The notes beneath the pieces are model-generated. The model was not told where the DNA came from and did no database searches. It saw only the letters and a list, made by a program, of their open reading frames with translations. From Candidatus Aenigmatarchaeota archaeon (GTDB lineage: Archaea > Aenigmatarchaeota > Aenigmatarchaeia > QMZP01 > QMZT01): 35,032 bases of DNA. Below, in pieces: positions 1 through 7,581 of this stretch. Within the stretch, counting starts at the first letter, position 1. The number at the start of each line of letters is the position of its first letter. Location of the stretch: positions 1 through 35,032 of the forward strand of contig JAZDFI010000006.1 of assembly GCA_043808015.1 (NCBI GenBank). Reading direction: 5' to 3'. A program made the translations under genes and the position numbers.

Positions 1-46
1 ATTAGCCTGCCTCTTGCTTTTTATTTAATCCTTTCAATGTATTTTC

Positions 47-451
47 ATGGGCGCGAGAAAGGGCCAGCTTTTTTTGGTATCCATCGTTTTCCTGATAGGC
101 ATGATTTTCATAGTCCAGCAGGCGCTGTTCCAGTATTCGACCATAGAGATGTCCAAGCCCTTCGCGAACAGGGACGCCGAACTTTTCGGCAACATAATCG
201 GCGTGGTCAACAGGACGATCGTGGAGGCGTATTACTGCAACGAGACCAAGGACAGCTTCGGCACGCGCATGGACGACATCAAGACGTCGTTCCTCGAGGA
301 GCATGGAAGGGAATACTCGATAGAGATTAAGTACGACCTCAACTGCACGCGCTGGCTCTCTTCGTCGCGAGCTCCGCTCTGGCTGAGCGTGAGCCTCACG
401 TCCCAGGGACGCAACACAAGAGGCACGTTCAGCATGTATCATGCGGCTTGA
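47..451 (+). CDS. Type IV pilin-like protein with class III signal peptide
   Basis: N-terminus MGARKG|QLFLVSIVFLIGMIFIV: short basic leader, KG/Q prepilin cleavage motif, then hydrophobic helix; two Cys in the globular part. Confidence 0.65.
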   Translation: MGARKGQLFLVSIVFLIGMIFIVQQALFQYSTIEMSKPFANRDAELFGNIIGVVNRTIVEAYYCNETKDSFGTRMDDIKTSFLEEHGREYSIEIKYDLNCTRWLSSSRAPLWLSVSLTSQGRNTRGTFSMYHAA

Positions 452-515
452 AAAGCAAAAAACAATTACAACTTTTGAGTGATAAATTTTTAAATATAAG
501 AACCATTAATTATCC

Positions 516-1070
516 ATGGATACGGGTCAGATAATCCATGCAATAGAGTCTGCCGTCAGGAGCAACAGGAGGGCATACAGCTGCGGCAGGCACGTCATTT
601 ATGACTTGGGCAACGGTTATATTGCCAAGGAGTTCAGCGAAGGCCAGATAGGCAATGCCCGCAACGAGGTCTTTTATTCTCAAAAGCTTAAGGGAATCGG
701 CAAGCGAACTCCGGTGATAACGAGGGTAGGCGTCCTGCCGGCGGATACAGGGAACGAAACCGGGCATTTTGTGATCATGAGAGATATCGGCGACACAGCC
801 AGAAAAATCCGCTATTTGGAAGGCGCCGATTACGACAGGGCCGTTGCGGCGTTTCTGAGTGAAATGCATCACATCTTCACCGAGGGCGGAGTATCGCCCC
901 TTCTGCTCGACAGCGGTGAGAATTGCATGTTCGACACGCGAAGGGGAATAGGCTACTGGATCGACCTTGAGCAATGGAGGCCCATTGCCCCGGGGGAAGT
1001 TAAATCCGCTCATGAAAGGCTGAAAGAACTGGTTCTTGATCGCGATTTTTTCTATGAGCACTTCTATTGA
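516..1070 (+). CDS. Small protein kinase-like (RIO/Bud32-like fold) protein
   Basis: Motifs in kinase order: YIAKEF (VAIK Lys), ARNE (alphaC Glu), KRTP, FVIMRDI (hinge), LLDSGENCMF (catalytic loop D..N), YWIDLE (DFG-like). Confidence 0.5.
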   Translation: MDTGQIIHAIESAVRSNRRAYSCGRHVIYDLGNGYIAKEFSEGQIGNARNEVFYSQKLKGIGKRTPVITRVGVLPADTGNETGHFVIMRDIGDTARKIRYLEGADYDRAVAAFLSEMHHIFTEGGVSPLLLDSGENCMFDTRRGIGYWIDLEQWRPIAPGEVKSAHERLKELVLDRDFFYEHFY

Positions 1071-1077
1071 AAAGCAA

Positions 1078-1201
1078 TAGCCCCGGGCGGATTCGAACCA
1101 CCGTCACCAGATTTCTTCTCTCACTGCAGGAATCGCCTGCTCGAATTTTTGGACTTCGTGAATCCAAAGTCTGGTATCCTTGGCCACTAGACTACGGGGC
1201 T
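1078..1201 (-). tRNA. tRNA-Gln(TTG) with 51-nt intron at canonical 37/38 position (1113-1163)
   Basis: Reverse strand AGCCCCG...CGGGGCT-A acceptor, GGTTCGAATCC T-loop, anticodon stem CCAGA/TCTGG with CT-TTG-G; intron end GAAG-AA|A pairs with CTTT to give a bulge-helix-bulge-like motif. Confidence 0.93.
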
Positions 1202-1291
1202 GGTACATCGAAGGACGCATACCGCGTATGCGTCAGTCTGTCGTCTATTAAGTGTTTGTTGAGTTTTAATAAAAAAGAAGCGCGAGGGTTT

Positions 1292-1510
1292 TTATGTCTT
1301 AAGGACCCTGATACCCTCTTGCGTTATGGTGTAGCACGGCGAGCCCACGACATCTATGAACTTCAGGTAGCCCATGCCGCTGAGCTTGTTGACGGTGACG
1401 ATTCCTTCGTCGACTCCGCTCTCGCTGAAAACTCTCCTGAGTTCGTCTTTTCGTATGAGTTGGAGCTTGCCGAAAACTCCAAGAACCTGTTTTTCACTTT
1501 CGCTTAACAT
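1292..1510 (-). CDS. Small winged-helix-like protein
   Basis: 72 aa; LSESEKQVL...VNKLSGMGYLK...YTITQEGIRVL is the typical wHTH signature (LxxxGyi...YxiTxxG). Confidence 0.6.
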   Translation of the reverse strand: MLSESEKQVLGVFGKLQLIRKDELRRVFSESGVDEGIVTVNKLSGMGYLKFIDVVGSPCYTITQEGIRVLKT

Positions 1511-1556
1511 GTTTTATTATTGGTTGCGTTCCCCTTTTATTCGTTTCTGATGAAAA

Positions 1557-1754
1557 TCAGTTCTTCGAAGTCGCTGTGGCAACGCTTATCCAGACCAGTC
1601 CGCCCAGGAGAATAAGAATGAAAGCGCCTATAATCGCCATGATGTAGGCGATATCAGAAACCCCGACATTCGCCTCGACATGTCCCATTATCCATACTCC
1701 TGTGGATAAAAGAACGCCGCCAAAAATCCAGGAGGCTATGAGCTTGGTCGTCAT
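1557..1754 (-). CDS. Small two-TM membrane protein, hypothetical
   Basis: 65 aa, two hydrophobic segments; starts 10 bp downstream of the rpoD stop on the same strand, with a GGGGA RBS. Confidence 0.7.
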   Translation of the reverse strand: MTTKLIASWIFGGVLLSTGVWIMGHVEANVGVSDIAYIMAIIGAFILILLGGLVWISVATATSKN

Positions 1755-1764
1755 GCCGTTCCCT

Positions 1765-2544
1765 TTAAACGTCCTTCAGCAAATCCTTGAATTCCTTGGC
1801 TTTTCCTTCAAGTATCTCTGCGGCCTTCCCGACTATGTATTCGGGGTCGAGGCCGGAAATGCTCTCGACGGTGAAGACGAACTTGCCCGGGTCGCCTGTG
1901 ACCTTGACGTCGCCTCCGCTCGCTTCCTCACAAGCCTTGCACTCGTTGCACTCGTATGGGTCTGTAAGGACTACTTTCGTGCCCTTGACTTCGAGAATGT
2001 TCTTGGGGCATGCGTTGACTATCTTCTTCGCGTCGTCTGTCTTTGAGCATTCCACGGAAATAACATAAGTGTACGTCGCATTGGATGTCTGGAACTTCGA
2101 GTGCTCCCTGCCCGTGCCGAGCCTCGCGATCGCCTCGACCTTGATGTGCTGGTCCTTGAGCAGCTTGACTATCGGAAAGTCTGGTGAAGTGGGTTTTACG
2201 GCCTTGTTGGAAGACTTCAGGTCAGAAGAGTATGCAGTAGCCGGTCCGGTTTTTTCCAGCGCGAAGAACACCTGGCAGGACGGGCAGCCTTTGCCGTCGC
2301 ATTTGCAGTCGTTCTGCATGTTGAACTTTTCCGGGTCGAATTCGAGTGGAATCATGCCGAGCCTGTGGGCGACTATCTCGTCGAACAGCGCGGACGTGTT
2401 GTCGTGGAACTCGACGGTGTCGATGGTCATATTCGGCACCTCGGCTATCATTATCCTGCGCATCGAATTCGCGAATGCCGGCGTCGCTCCCTCTAGAACG
2501 AACTTCAGGTTTTCACCTTTCTTGCTTAGGATTTTTATCTTCAA
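1765..2544 (-). CDS. rpoD: DNA-directed RNA polymerase subunit D (Rpo3) with ferredoxin-like Fe-S domain
   Basis: FANSMRRIMIAEVP, NTSALFDEIVAHRLGMIPL, CKCDGKGCPSC Zn site, GTGREHSKF, CP...CNECKAC Fe-S motif, FVFTVES; TTG start preceded by AGGTGA RBS. Confidence 0.97.
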   Translation of the reverse strand: MKIKILSKKGENLKFVLEGATPAFANSMRRIMIAEVPNMTIDTVEFHDNTSALFDEIVAHRLGMIPLEFDPEKFNMQNDCKCDGKGCPSCQVFFALEKTGPATAYSSDLKSSNKAVKPTSPDFPIVKLLKDQHIKVEAIARLGTGREHSKFQTSNATYTYVISVECSKTDDAKKIVNACPKNILEVKGTKVVLTDPYECNECKACEEASGGDVKVTGDPGKFVFTVESISGLDPEYIVGKAAEILEGKAKEFKDLLKDV

Positions 2545-2676
2545 AATATCACCTTTATTAAATAATAACTATAATTAAAGCAATTAAGGATATAAAAACT
2601 TTAAAGCTTATAAACTTTAGCAAAGAGTAGAAATTTAGACACAGAGCGGCATGGGCGAAACGCTCAAGCTGGTCAC

Positions 2677-2816
2677 GCGGGGGTACCCAAGCGGTCAACG
2701 GGGCTGGGCTAAGGTTCACGGTTTTGTCCGAAATCTAGCCCGAAGAGAGGCTTGTCCTCTATGATTAGATACCCAGTGGCTTAGTGCCTTCCAGGGTTCG
2801 AATCCCTGCTCCCGCA
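2677..2816 (+). tRNA. tRNA-Leu(AAG) with 56-nt intron at 37/38 (2715-2770)
   Basis: GCGGGGG/CTCCCGC-A acceptor, long variable arm GGCTTAGTGCC, GGTTCGAATCC T-loop, anticodon stem CTGGG/CCCAG with CT-AAG-G; clean BHB (CTAA/TTAG helix, GG|T and AT|A bulges, TCA/TGA outer helix). Confidence 0.92.
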
Positions 2817-2848
2817 TAAGCTTTTTTCAAAAAAGCTTAATCAAAAAA
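2817..2848 (+). terminator. Perfect inverted repeat / T-tract immediately after tRNA-Leu
   Basis: TAAGCTTTTTT-C-AAAAAAGCTTA (2817-2839) followed by ATCAAAAAA. Confidence 0.55.
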
Positions 2849-2906
2849 GGAGTCAACGTCGTTCGCTACGCTCACTCCTGACATCCGATGTTTTTACGGA
2901 AAGGGT

Positions 2907-3497
2907 ATGGAAATGGATTTGCTCGGTTTCTTTGATAAGGCGCGCGAACTGAAGCGCCTTAAGCGAACTGGATGGAAGCTCAAAAACGTCGAGGCGCCTG
3001 AGAGCGTCGCCGACCACTCGTTCATGCTGGCCGTCATGTCTTACTTCTATGCGAAAAAGCTGCATCTCGATGCTGATAAATGCGTCAAAATGGCGCTAAT
3101 GCATGACATAGGCGAGGCGTTCTCGGGCGACATTCCAGACAGGATACGCGACAGCGACAGGACGATGTCGCGCGCCGAGAAGGCGAAGCGCGAAGCGACC
3201 GGTATGGTGAGGATGCTTGCACTGCTTCCTGATGATGAGGCGGTAGAAATACATGGTATCTGGAGCGAGTTCACCGAAAGGAAAAGCGCGGAAGCGCGGC
3301 TCGTAAAGGACCTGGACAAGCTGGAGATGTGCATGCAGGCTTTGGAATATGCCAGGAAAGACAAAAACAAAAAGAAATTCGCCGAGTTCTTCGAGGATGG
3401 CGAAAAGAACATCATGACGCCGGAAATAAGAGAGGCTTTCGCTAGCGTTCATGCCGATTTTAAGCTTATTTCCGAAAAAAACCGGGATGCTATTTAA
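2907..3497 (+). CDS. HD-domain phosphohydrolase (HDDC2/YfbR 5'-deoxynucleotidase family)
   Basis: LKRLKRTGW, ESVADHSF, MALMHDIGEAFSGDI, EARLVKDLDKLE. Confidence 0.92.
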   Translation: MEMDLLGFFDKARELKRLKRTGWKLKNVEAPESVADHSFMLAVMSYFYAKKLHLDADKCVKMALMHDIGEAFSGDIPDRIRDSDRTMSRAEKAKREATGMVRMLALLPDDEAVEIHGIWSEFTERKSAEARLVKDLDKLEMCMQALEYARKDKNKKKFAEFFEDGEKNIMTPEIREAFASVHADFKLISEKNRDAI

Positions 3498-3520
3498 CCG
3501 TATGCCACCAAAATAACACT

Positions 3521-5071
3521 ATGGAATTCAATGATATTCCCATCGTTATTCTAACGCTCATCCTGCTTGCCGTGGGAGGGCCGATCACAATCATAGCGGT
3601 TCTTGCGAACAACTACATCATAGCAGGGCTGACGGTTTTCATAGCCGGATTCCTGATGCTTTACAGGCTCGGCGTAAAGCGCTATTACATATTCTTCCTC
3701 ATACAGACCAGGCACGGCCTTAACTTCGTTGACAAAATTGCAAGGCTTGCCCCTGAATTCTGGAAATTCTTCGGCGACATGGCGATTGTCGTCTCGTTCG
3801 GCGGCCTGGGCTCATATTACGTTTCGAGATACCGCAACACGTGGCTCATAAACGCGATTCTGGGCGCCTTCGCACTGGCGCTGGTTTACACTACAATCGG
3901 CGTCGAAGCCGCCGCGGCCGGTGCAGTGATGCTGTTAGCAGGAGCGATACTGCTGAAGAAATACCCGAAACCCCTTTTCCATTTCTGCGCTGGCGTCGCT
4001 GTGCTGGGAACGCTCATGTTCGCCATATTCCCCGGGTTCTCAGACGTCGCCATAATGCGGCCCTTTGTCGCGATACTGGTCGGCATTTTGGGCATACCTG
4101 CGCTTCTCGTCAGCATGATGTTTTCCCAGGCCGTGAAAATAACGTTCGGCCAGTCCAATGTCCCCGGCGTTTCGCCGCTGCTGCCCACAGTCAGCGAAGA
4201 AGGACCCGGCTTCTTCTTCCCCGGAACCGGCATATTCATCCCGTTCTGGCAGGCGCTCATAGCCATGATATGCCTGCTCGTGCCGCATGAGCTGGCGCAC
4301 GGCATACTGACGCGCGCGCACAGGATACGCCTGAAATCGGCGGGCGTTCTCACGGCAAGCGTCATACCCATAGGCGCGTTCGTCGAGCCTGACGAGCGCA
4401 TACTGAAGCTGCGCAGGAGCAGGGAAAAGATGAGGATATACGCAGTCGGCTCGTTCACGAATCTGATAGTCGCGCTGTTATCCATCCTGATAATAGTGAC
4501 CGTCCTGACGCCCATGCTGGACGCGATAACAGAGCCCACGGGCATGCAGATAACGGCCGCCCTTAACGGCACGCCTTCCTACGGCGTCCTCCAGAAGGGA
4601 ATGATAATAAAGGCGATAAACGGCCAGAAAATAAACACCACCGACGAATTCAACAGCTACGTGGTTAGCCTTAAGCCCAACCAGACCGTAACATTCGTCA
4701 CGAGTAACGGCACGTTCAACCTGACGCTCTCTCCAAGACCCGACAACGCGAGCCGCGGCTACATAGGCATCGACCTGCAGCAAGCGTATGACATTCGAGA
4801 CGAGTTTCGCACCAAATACGCGTTACAAACTGAAGCGATATTCTTCCTCGGTCCGACGCTTTTCTGGATATTCTTCCTGAGCTTCAACATCGCGCTCGTC
4901 AACCTGCTTCCCATCGTGCCCTTCGACGGCGGCAAGATGTTCGAGGAAGTGATGGCGGAGTTCCGCATAAGGAAGCGCCACAAGGAGCTCATAATAAAAA
5001 TAATGATAGCCATCATACTCGCCCTCATCCTGCTCAACGCCTCGCCGCTCGTTCTCAACCTGTTCAGGTAG
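3521..5071 (+). CDS. Site-2 protease (peptidase M50) with PDZ domain
   Basis: Multi-TM; HELAHG zinc motif, GAFVEPDE, AVGSFTN, PDZ-like LQKGMIIKAING, NLLPIVPFDGG. Confidence 0.93.
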   Translation: MEFNDIPIVILTLILLAVGGPITIIAVLANNYIIAGLTVFIAGFLMLYRLGVKRYYIFFLIQTRHGLNFVDKIARLAPEFWKFFGDMAIVVSFGGLGSYYVSRYRNTWLINAILGAFALALVYTTIGVEAAAAGAVMLLAGAILLKKYPKPLFHFCAGVAVLGTLMFAIFPGFSDVAIMRPFVAILVGILGIPALLVSMMFSQAVKITFGQSNVPGVSPLLPTVSEEGPGFFFPGTGIFIPFWQALIAMICLLVPHELAHGILTRAHRIRLKSAGVLTASVIPIGAFVEPDERILKLRRSREKMRIYAVGSFTNLIVALLSILIIVTVLTPMLDAITEPTGMQITAALNGTPSYGVLQKGMIIKAINGQKINTTDEFNSYVVSLKPNQTVTFVTSNGTFNLTLSPRPDNASRGYIGIDLQQAYDIRDEFRTKYALQTEAIFFLGPTLFWIFFLSFNIALVNLLPIVPFDGGKMFEEVMAEFRIRKRHKELIIKIMIAIILALILLNASPLVLNLFR

Positions 5072-5160
5072 CGCCAGCAAAAGTTATTAAGAAGCGCGCC
5101 AATAATCAGACAATTGTCGCATGTTTGCATTCTCATGTGAGCACGACCGGAGGTGTTACT

Positions 5161-5508
5161 ATGGAGGAAAAAAGCATTAACGTCCAGATAGACCACAGGG
5201 ATGCGGGTTTCTACTCGGATTCCATAAGCATAATATACAACCCGTCGAAATTCATACTCGACTTCAAGCAGAGCACGCCGAGGATCGACCAGATACAGGA
5301 CAAGCAGCAGCAGACCATCGCCGTGAAGCACAACGTCATAATCCTCGACATAAAATTCGCAAAGATATTCCTTGAGACGCTCAAGAAATCCGTCGATGGT
5401 TACGAGAAGAAGCACGGCGTGATAAAACTGCCCAAGGTGACGAAAAAGATAGTTAAGCCGGTCGACACCGAGATAATCTCTGGCAAGGAAGAAGGCTACA
5501 TAGGGTGA
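5161..5508 (+). CDS. DUF3467-like protein
   Basis: FYSDSISIIYNPSKFILDFKQSTP...AKIFLETLKKSVDGYEKKHGVI pattern; ATG at 5161 preceded by GGAGGTG RBS. Confidence 0.7.
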   Translation: MEEKSINVQIDHRDAGFYSDSISIIYNPSKFILDFKQSTPRIDQIQDKQQQTIAVKHNVIILDIKFAKIFLETLKKSVDGYEKKHGVIKLPKVTKKIVKPVDTEIISGKEEGYIG

Positions 5509-5624
5509 TTCTCTTCGTATTTTATTTCAAAGCCCCAGACCTTGGTCTAAGCGTCTTGGGTGATAAGAAAGAAAAATTAAAAATAAACAGTTTGTTTTGC
5601 GTTTTTAATCGCACGAGCTCCCGA

Positions 5625-5858
5625 TTAGAACTCCGCTATGTTCTTGGCTATGAAGTCCTTTATTTCCTGCTCGTCCGGTATTGCAATGGATCTCTTGAAT
5701 TTCTTCGTTCCGTCTGGAAGGAAGAATCCACGAGATATTGCTATGAACTCGTTCTCTCCCTGTTCCGTCGTCGCTTTCTTACGGGCAACTTCCAGGAAGT
5801 TGTTCCTACCGAATTTTATTTCCTCTGCTTTCACAGTTTCGAATGTTACGTTTGCCAT
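5625..5858 (-). CDS. Small conserved-looking beta-rich protein (possible PC4/Whirly-like nucleic-acid binder)
   Basis: 77 aa, GGAGGGA RBS, own AT-rich divergent promoter region; beta strands with exposed aromatics and basics followed by a C-terminal helix. Confidence 0.7.
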   Translation of the reverse strand: MANVTFETVKAEEIKFGRNNFLEVARKKATTEQGENEFIAISRGFFLPDGTKKFKRSIAIPDEQEIKDFIAKNIAEF

Positions 5859-5939
5859 ATTTATCCCTCCGTATTGGATTTTGTATGCTATATACTATAT
5901 ATAATATATATAAAGCTTTTCAGGCCGCGGGGGGCATTA

Positions 5940-6494
5940 ATGCTCATGATGGCGAAAGCGCTTTACGTCAGCGACAGGCGCGCGTGGAGGAAGTGGCTGG
6001 AGGCGAATCACGCGCGAAGGAAGGAAATCTGGCTGATTTATTACAAGAAGAACACTGGTAAGGCCAGAATCCCTTACGATGACGCTGTTGAAGAGGCCCT
6101 GTGTTTCGGCTGGATAGACGGTCAGATCAAGAGACTCGATACAGAGAGATTCATGCAGCGCTTCTGCCCGAGGCGCAAGCGAAGCGTCTGGGCCGAGAGC
6201 AACATAAATCGCGTGAAGAAGATGATAAAGCTCGGCAAAATGACCCCAACTGGTCTCGAAAAGTTTGCCGGTCACGAAAAAACGAGAGTCCCTTCTTTTG
6301 TGGGAATGCCGAACGACCTCGAGAAAGCGCTGAAAGCCGACGCGAAGGCCTGGGACAATTTCGCCGGTTTCCCGCCGAGCCACAGAAAGCACTTCCTATG
6401 GTGGGTGATAAGCTCCAAGAAACCGGAAACGCGGAGCAAGCGCATAAAAGAGCTCGTGAAACGCGCGGCCGCGAACAGGAAGCTGATTCCCTAG
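5940..6494 (+). CDS. YdeI/OmpD-associated (OmdA) family protein
   Basis: WRKWLEANH, EIWLIYYKK, YDDAVEEALCFGWIDG, RFCPRR..S.W, N..RV.KMI..GKM...G, C-terminal P.DL..AL...AW..F...PPSHRK..L.W...KKPETR.KRI; upstream part of the 329-aa ORF call overlaps another gene, so start moved to 5940. Confidence 0.9.
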   Translation: MLMMAKALYVSDRRAWRKWLEANHARRKEIWLIYYKKNTGKARIPYDDAVEEALCFGWIDGQIKRLDTERFMQRFCPRRKRSVWAESNINRVKKMIKLGKMTPTGLEKFAGHEKTRVPSFVGMPNDLEKALKADAKAWDNFAGFPPSHRKHFLWWVISSKKPETRSKRIKELVKRAAANRKLIP

Positions 6495-6529
6495 CGGCAT
6501 TAATAAGCAGGGTGTGTGAAAAATATATT

Positions 6530-7024
6530 ATGTGCGCGATGAAAGACAACGAATACACCGTCGTGACCATCTTCCTTCTCGGTGTGATAATTTCCATATA
6601 TTACGTAGTGTCCATTATCAACGCGCCGAGCGTGACGGTCATACTCGAAAAGACCATCCTGACCGGCGTATTCATAGCGATTCTCATAACCATAGCCATC
6701 ATGCTTTTCAGGTTCATGGAACTAAAGGCGGCGATAGAGTCCGGCAGCATAAAGCCCGGGGCGAAGCCTGCAGTCCACCCGCGCACGGCGAAAGACGTCA
6801 AAAACGATATGCTGAAGATATACAGGGACATGGGCGCGCTGAAAATCGTGTCGAAAGACAACCTCATAGACAAGAACATGTACGACAGGGAGAGAAAATC
6901 GCTTGACAACAGGATCGTCGTCCTCAAGAAGGAATACGAGACGTTTGTAAAGCCCGAAGTAAAGCCGGCACAGAAGCCTGCAGCCGCCCCCATAAAGAAG
7001 AAAAAGGAACAAAAGCCGTCTTAG
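6530..7024 (+). CDS. Hypothetical membrane protein (2 TM + coiled cytoplasmic domain)
   Basis: Two hydrophobic helices after M(CAM)KDNEY, Lys/Pro-rich tail; start 6530 or 6539. Confidence 0.7.
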   Translation: MCAMKDNEYTVVTIFLLGVIISIYYVVSIINAPSVTVILEKTILTGVFIAILITIAIMLFRFMELKAAIESGSIKPGAKPAVHPRTAKDVKNDMLKIYRDMGALKIVSKDNLIDKNMYDRERKSLDNRIVVLKKEYETFVKPEVKPAQKPAAAPIKKKKEQKPS

Positions 7025-7049
7025 TTTCATTTCTCGCTTTGTTGCAAAA

Positions 7050-7277
7050 TCAAAGTTCACTTTTGATTTCTGCTATTTCTTTGGCGTTCAGCGGTTGGTA
7101 TTTAGGACCTGGTGATACTGTTTCCAGAGCCAGTTCTCCGTGATTATCCTGAAGTCCTATCAGATAATTGAGAAGGCAAACATAGTCGCCAGGTTGGGCA
7201 AAGGTTCCACCACCATCCCTTTCAGACCATACGCCAAAACTGCCGTCTTCTGCGGCGCCTATTCTAACTTTTAACAT
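7050..7277 (-). CDS. Hypothetical protein
   Basis: 75-aa ORF filling the intergenic space, AT-rich promoter-like region upstream. Confidence 0.5.
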   Translation of the reverse strand: MLKVRIGAAEDGSFGVWSERDGGGTFAQPGDYVCLLNYLIGLQDNHGELALETVSPGPKYQPLNAKEIAEIKSEL

Positions 7278-7332
7278 AAAATTAAAATCAAAAAAAGTTT
7301 TAAATGCTTATATTATACCAGAGCAGGCACGC

Positions 7333-7581
7333 TCATAGCATGCCGTTTTCCCTGAGGGTTTTCGTTATCTTCTCGAGCGAGAGGACCAGCGCTTCGAACC
7401 GCCTGTTCAGGTCGTCCTCCATCTGCTCGTGGTGGTGGCGCCTCTGGTCGTAGACTTTAAGGTCGCGCATCACTTTCTCCAGCGTGGCGCATAAGGCGTC
7501 CATGCCGGAGCCGCCTGATTCAATCCTTGTATGCAACAGCTTCAGCTCCTTGTCTATGCTGTCCGTGATTTTCTTTGCCAT
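7333..7581 (-). CDS. Hypothetical coiled-coil protein
   Basis: 82 aa, heptad pattern; start overlaps the htpX-like stop (TAATG), GGAGGTGG RBS. Confidence 0.7.
   Translation of the reverse strand: MAKKITDSIDKELKLLHTRIESGGSGMDALCATLEKVMRDLKVYDQRRHHHEQMEDDLNRRFEALVLSLEKITKTLRENGML

Noticed and set aside
1067-1507. 146-aa plus-strand ORF
   Set aside because: Overlaps tRNA-Gln and the wHTH gene on the opposite strand; shadow ORF
1078-2816. Integrated element at the tRNA genes
   Set aside because: No integrase and no duplicated tRNA 3' end (att site) found in the window
5505-5939. N-terminal 145 aa of the 329-aa ORF call
   Set aside because: Antisense to the 77-aa gene and runs through an AT-rich promoter; YdeI homology only begins near 5940
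6101-6529. N-terminal extension of the 307-aa ORF
   Set aside because: Out-of-frame overlap with the YdeI gene; the real membrane protein starts at 6530/6539
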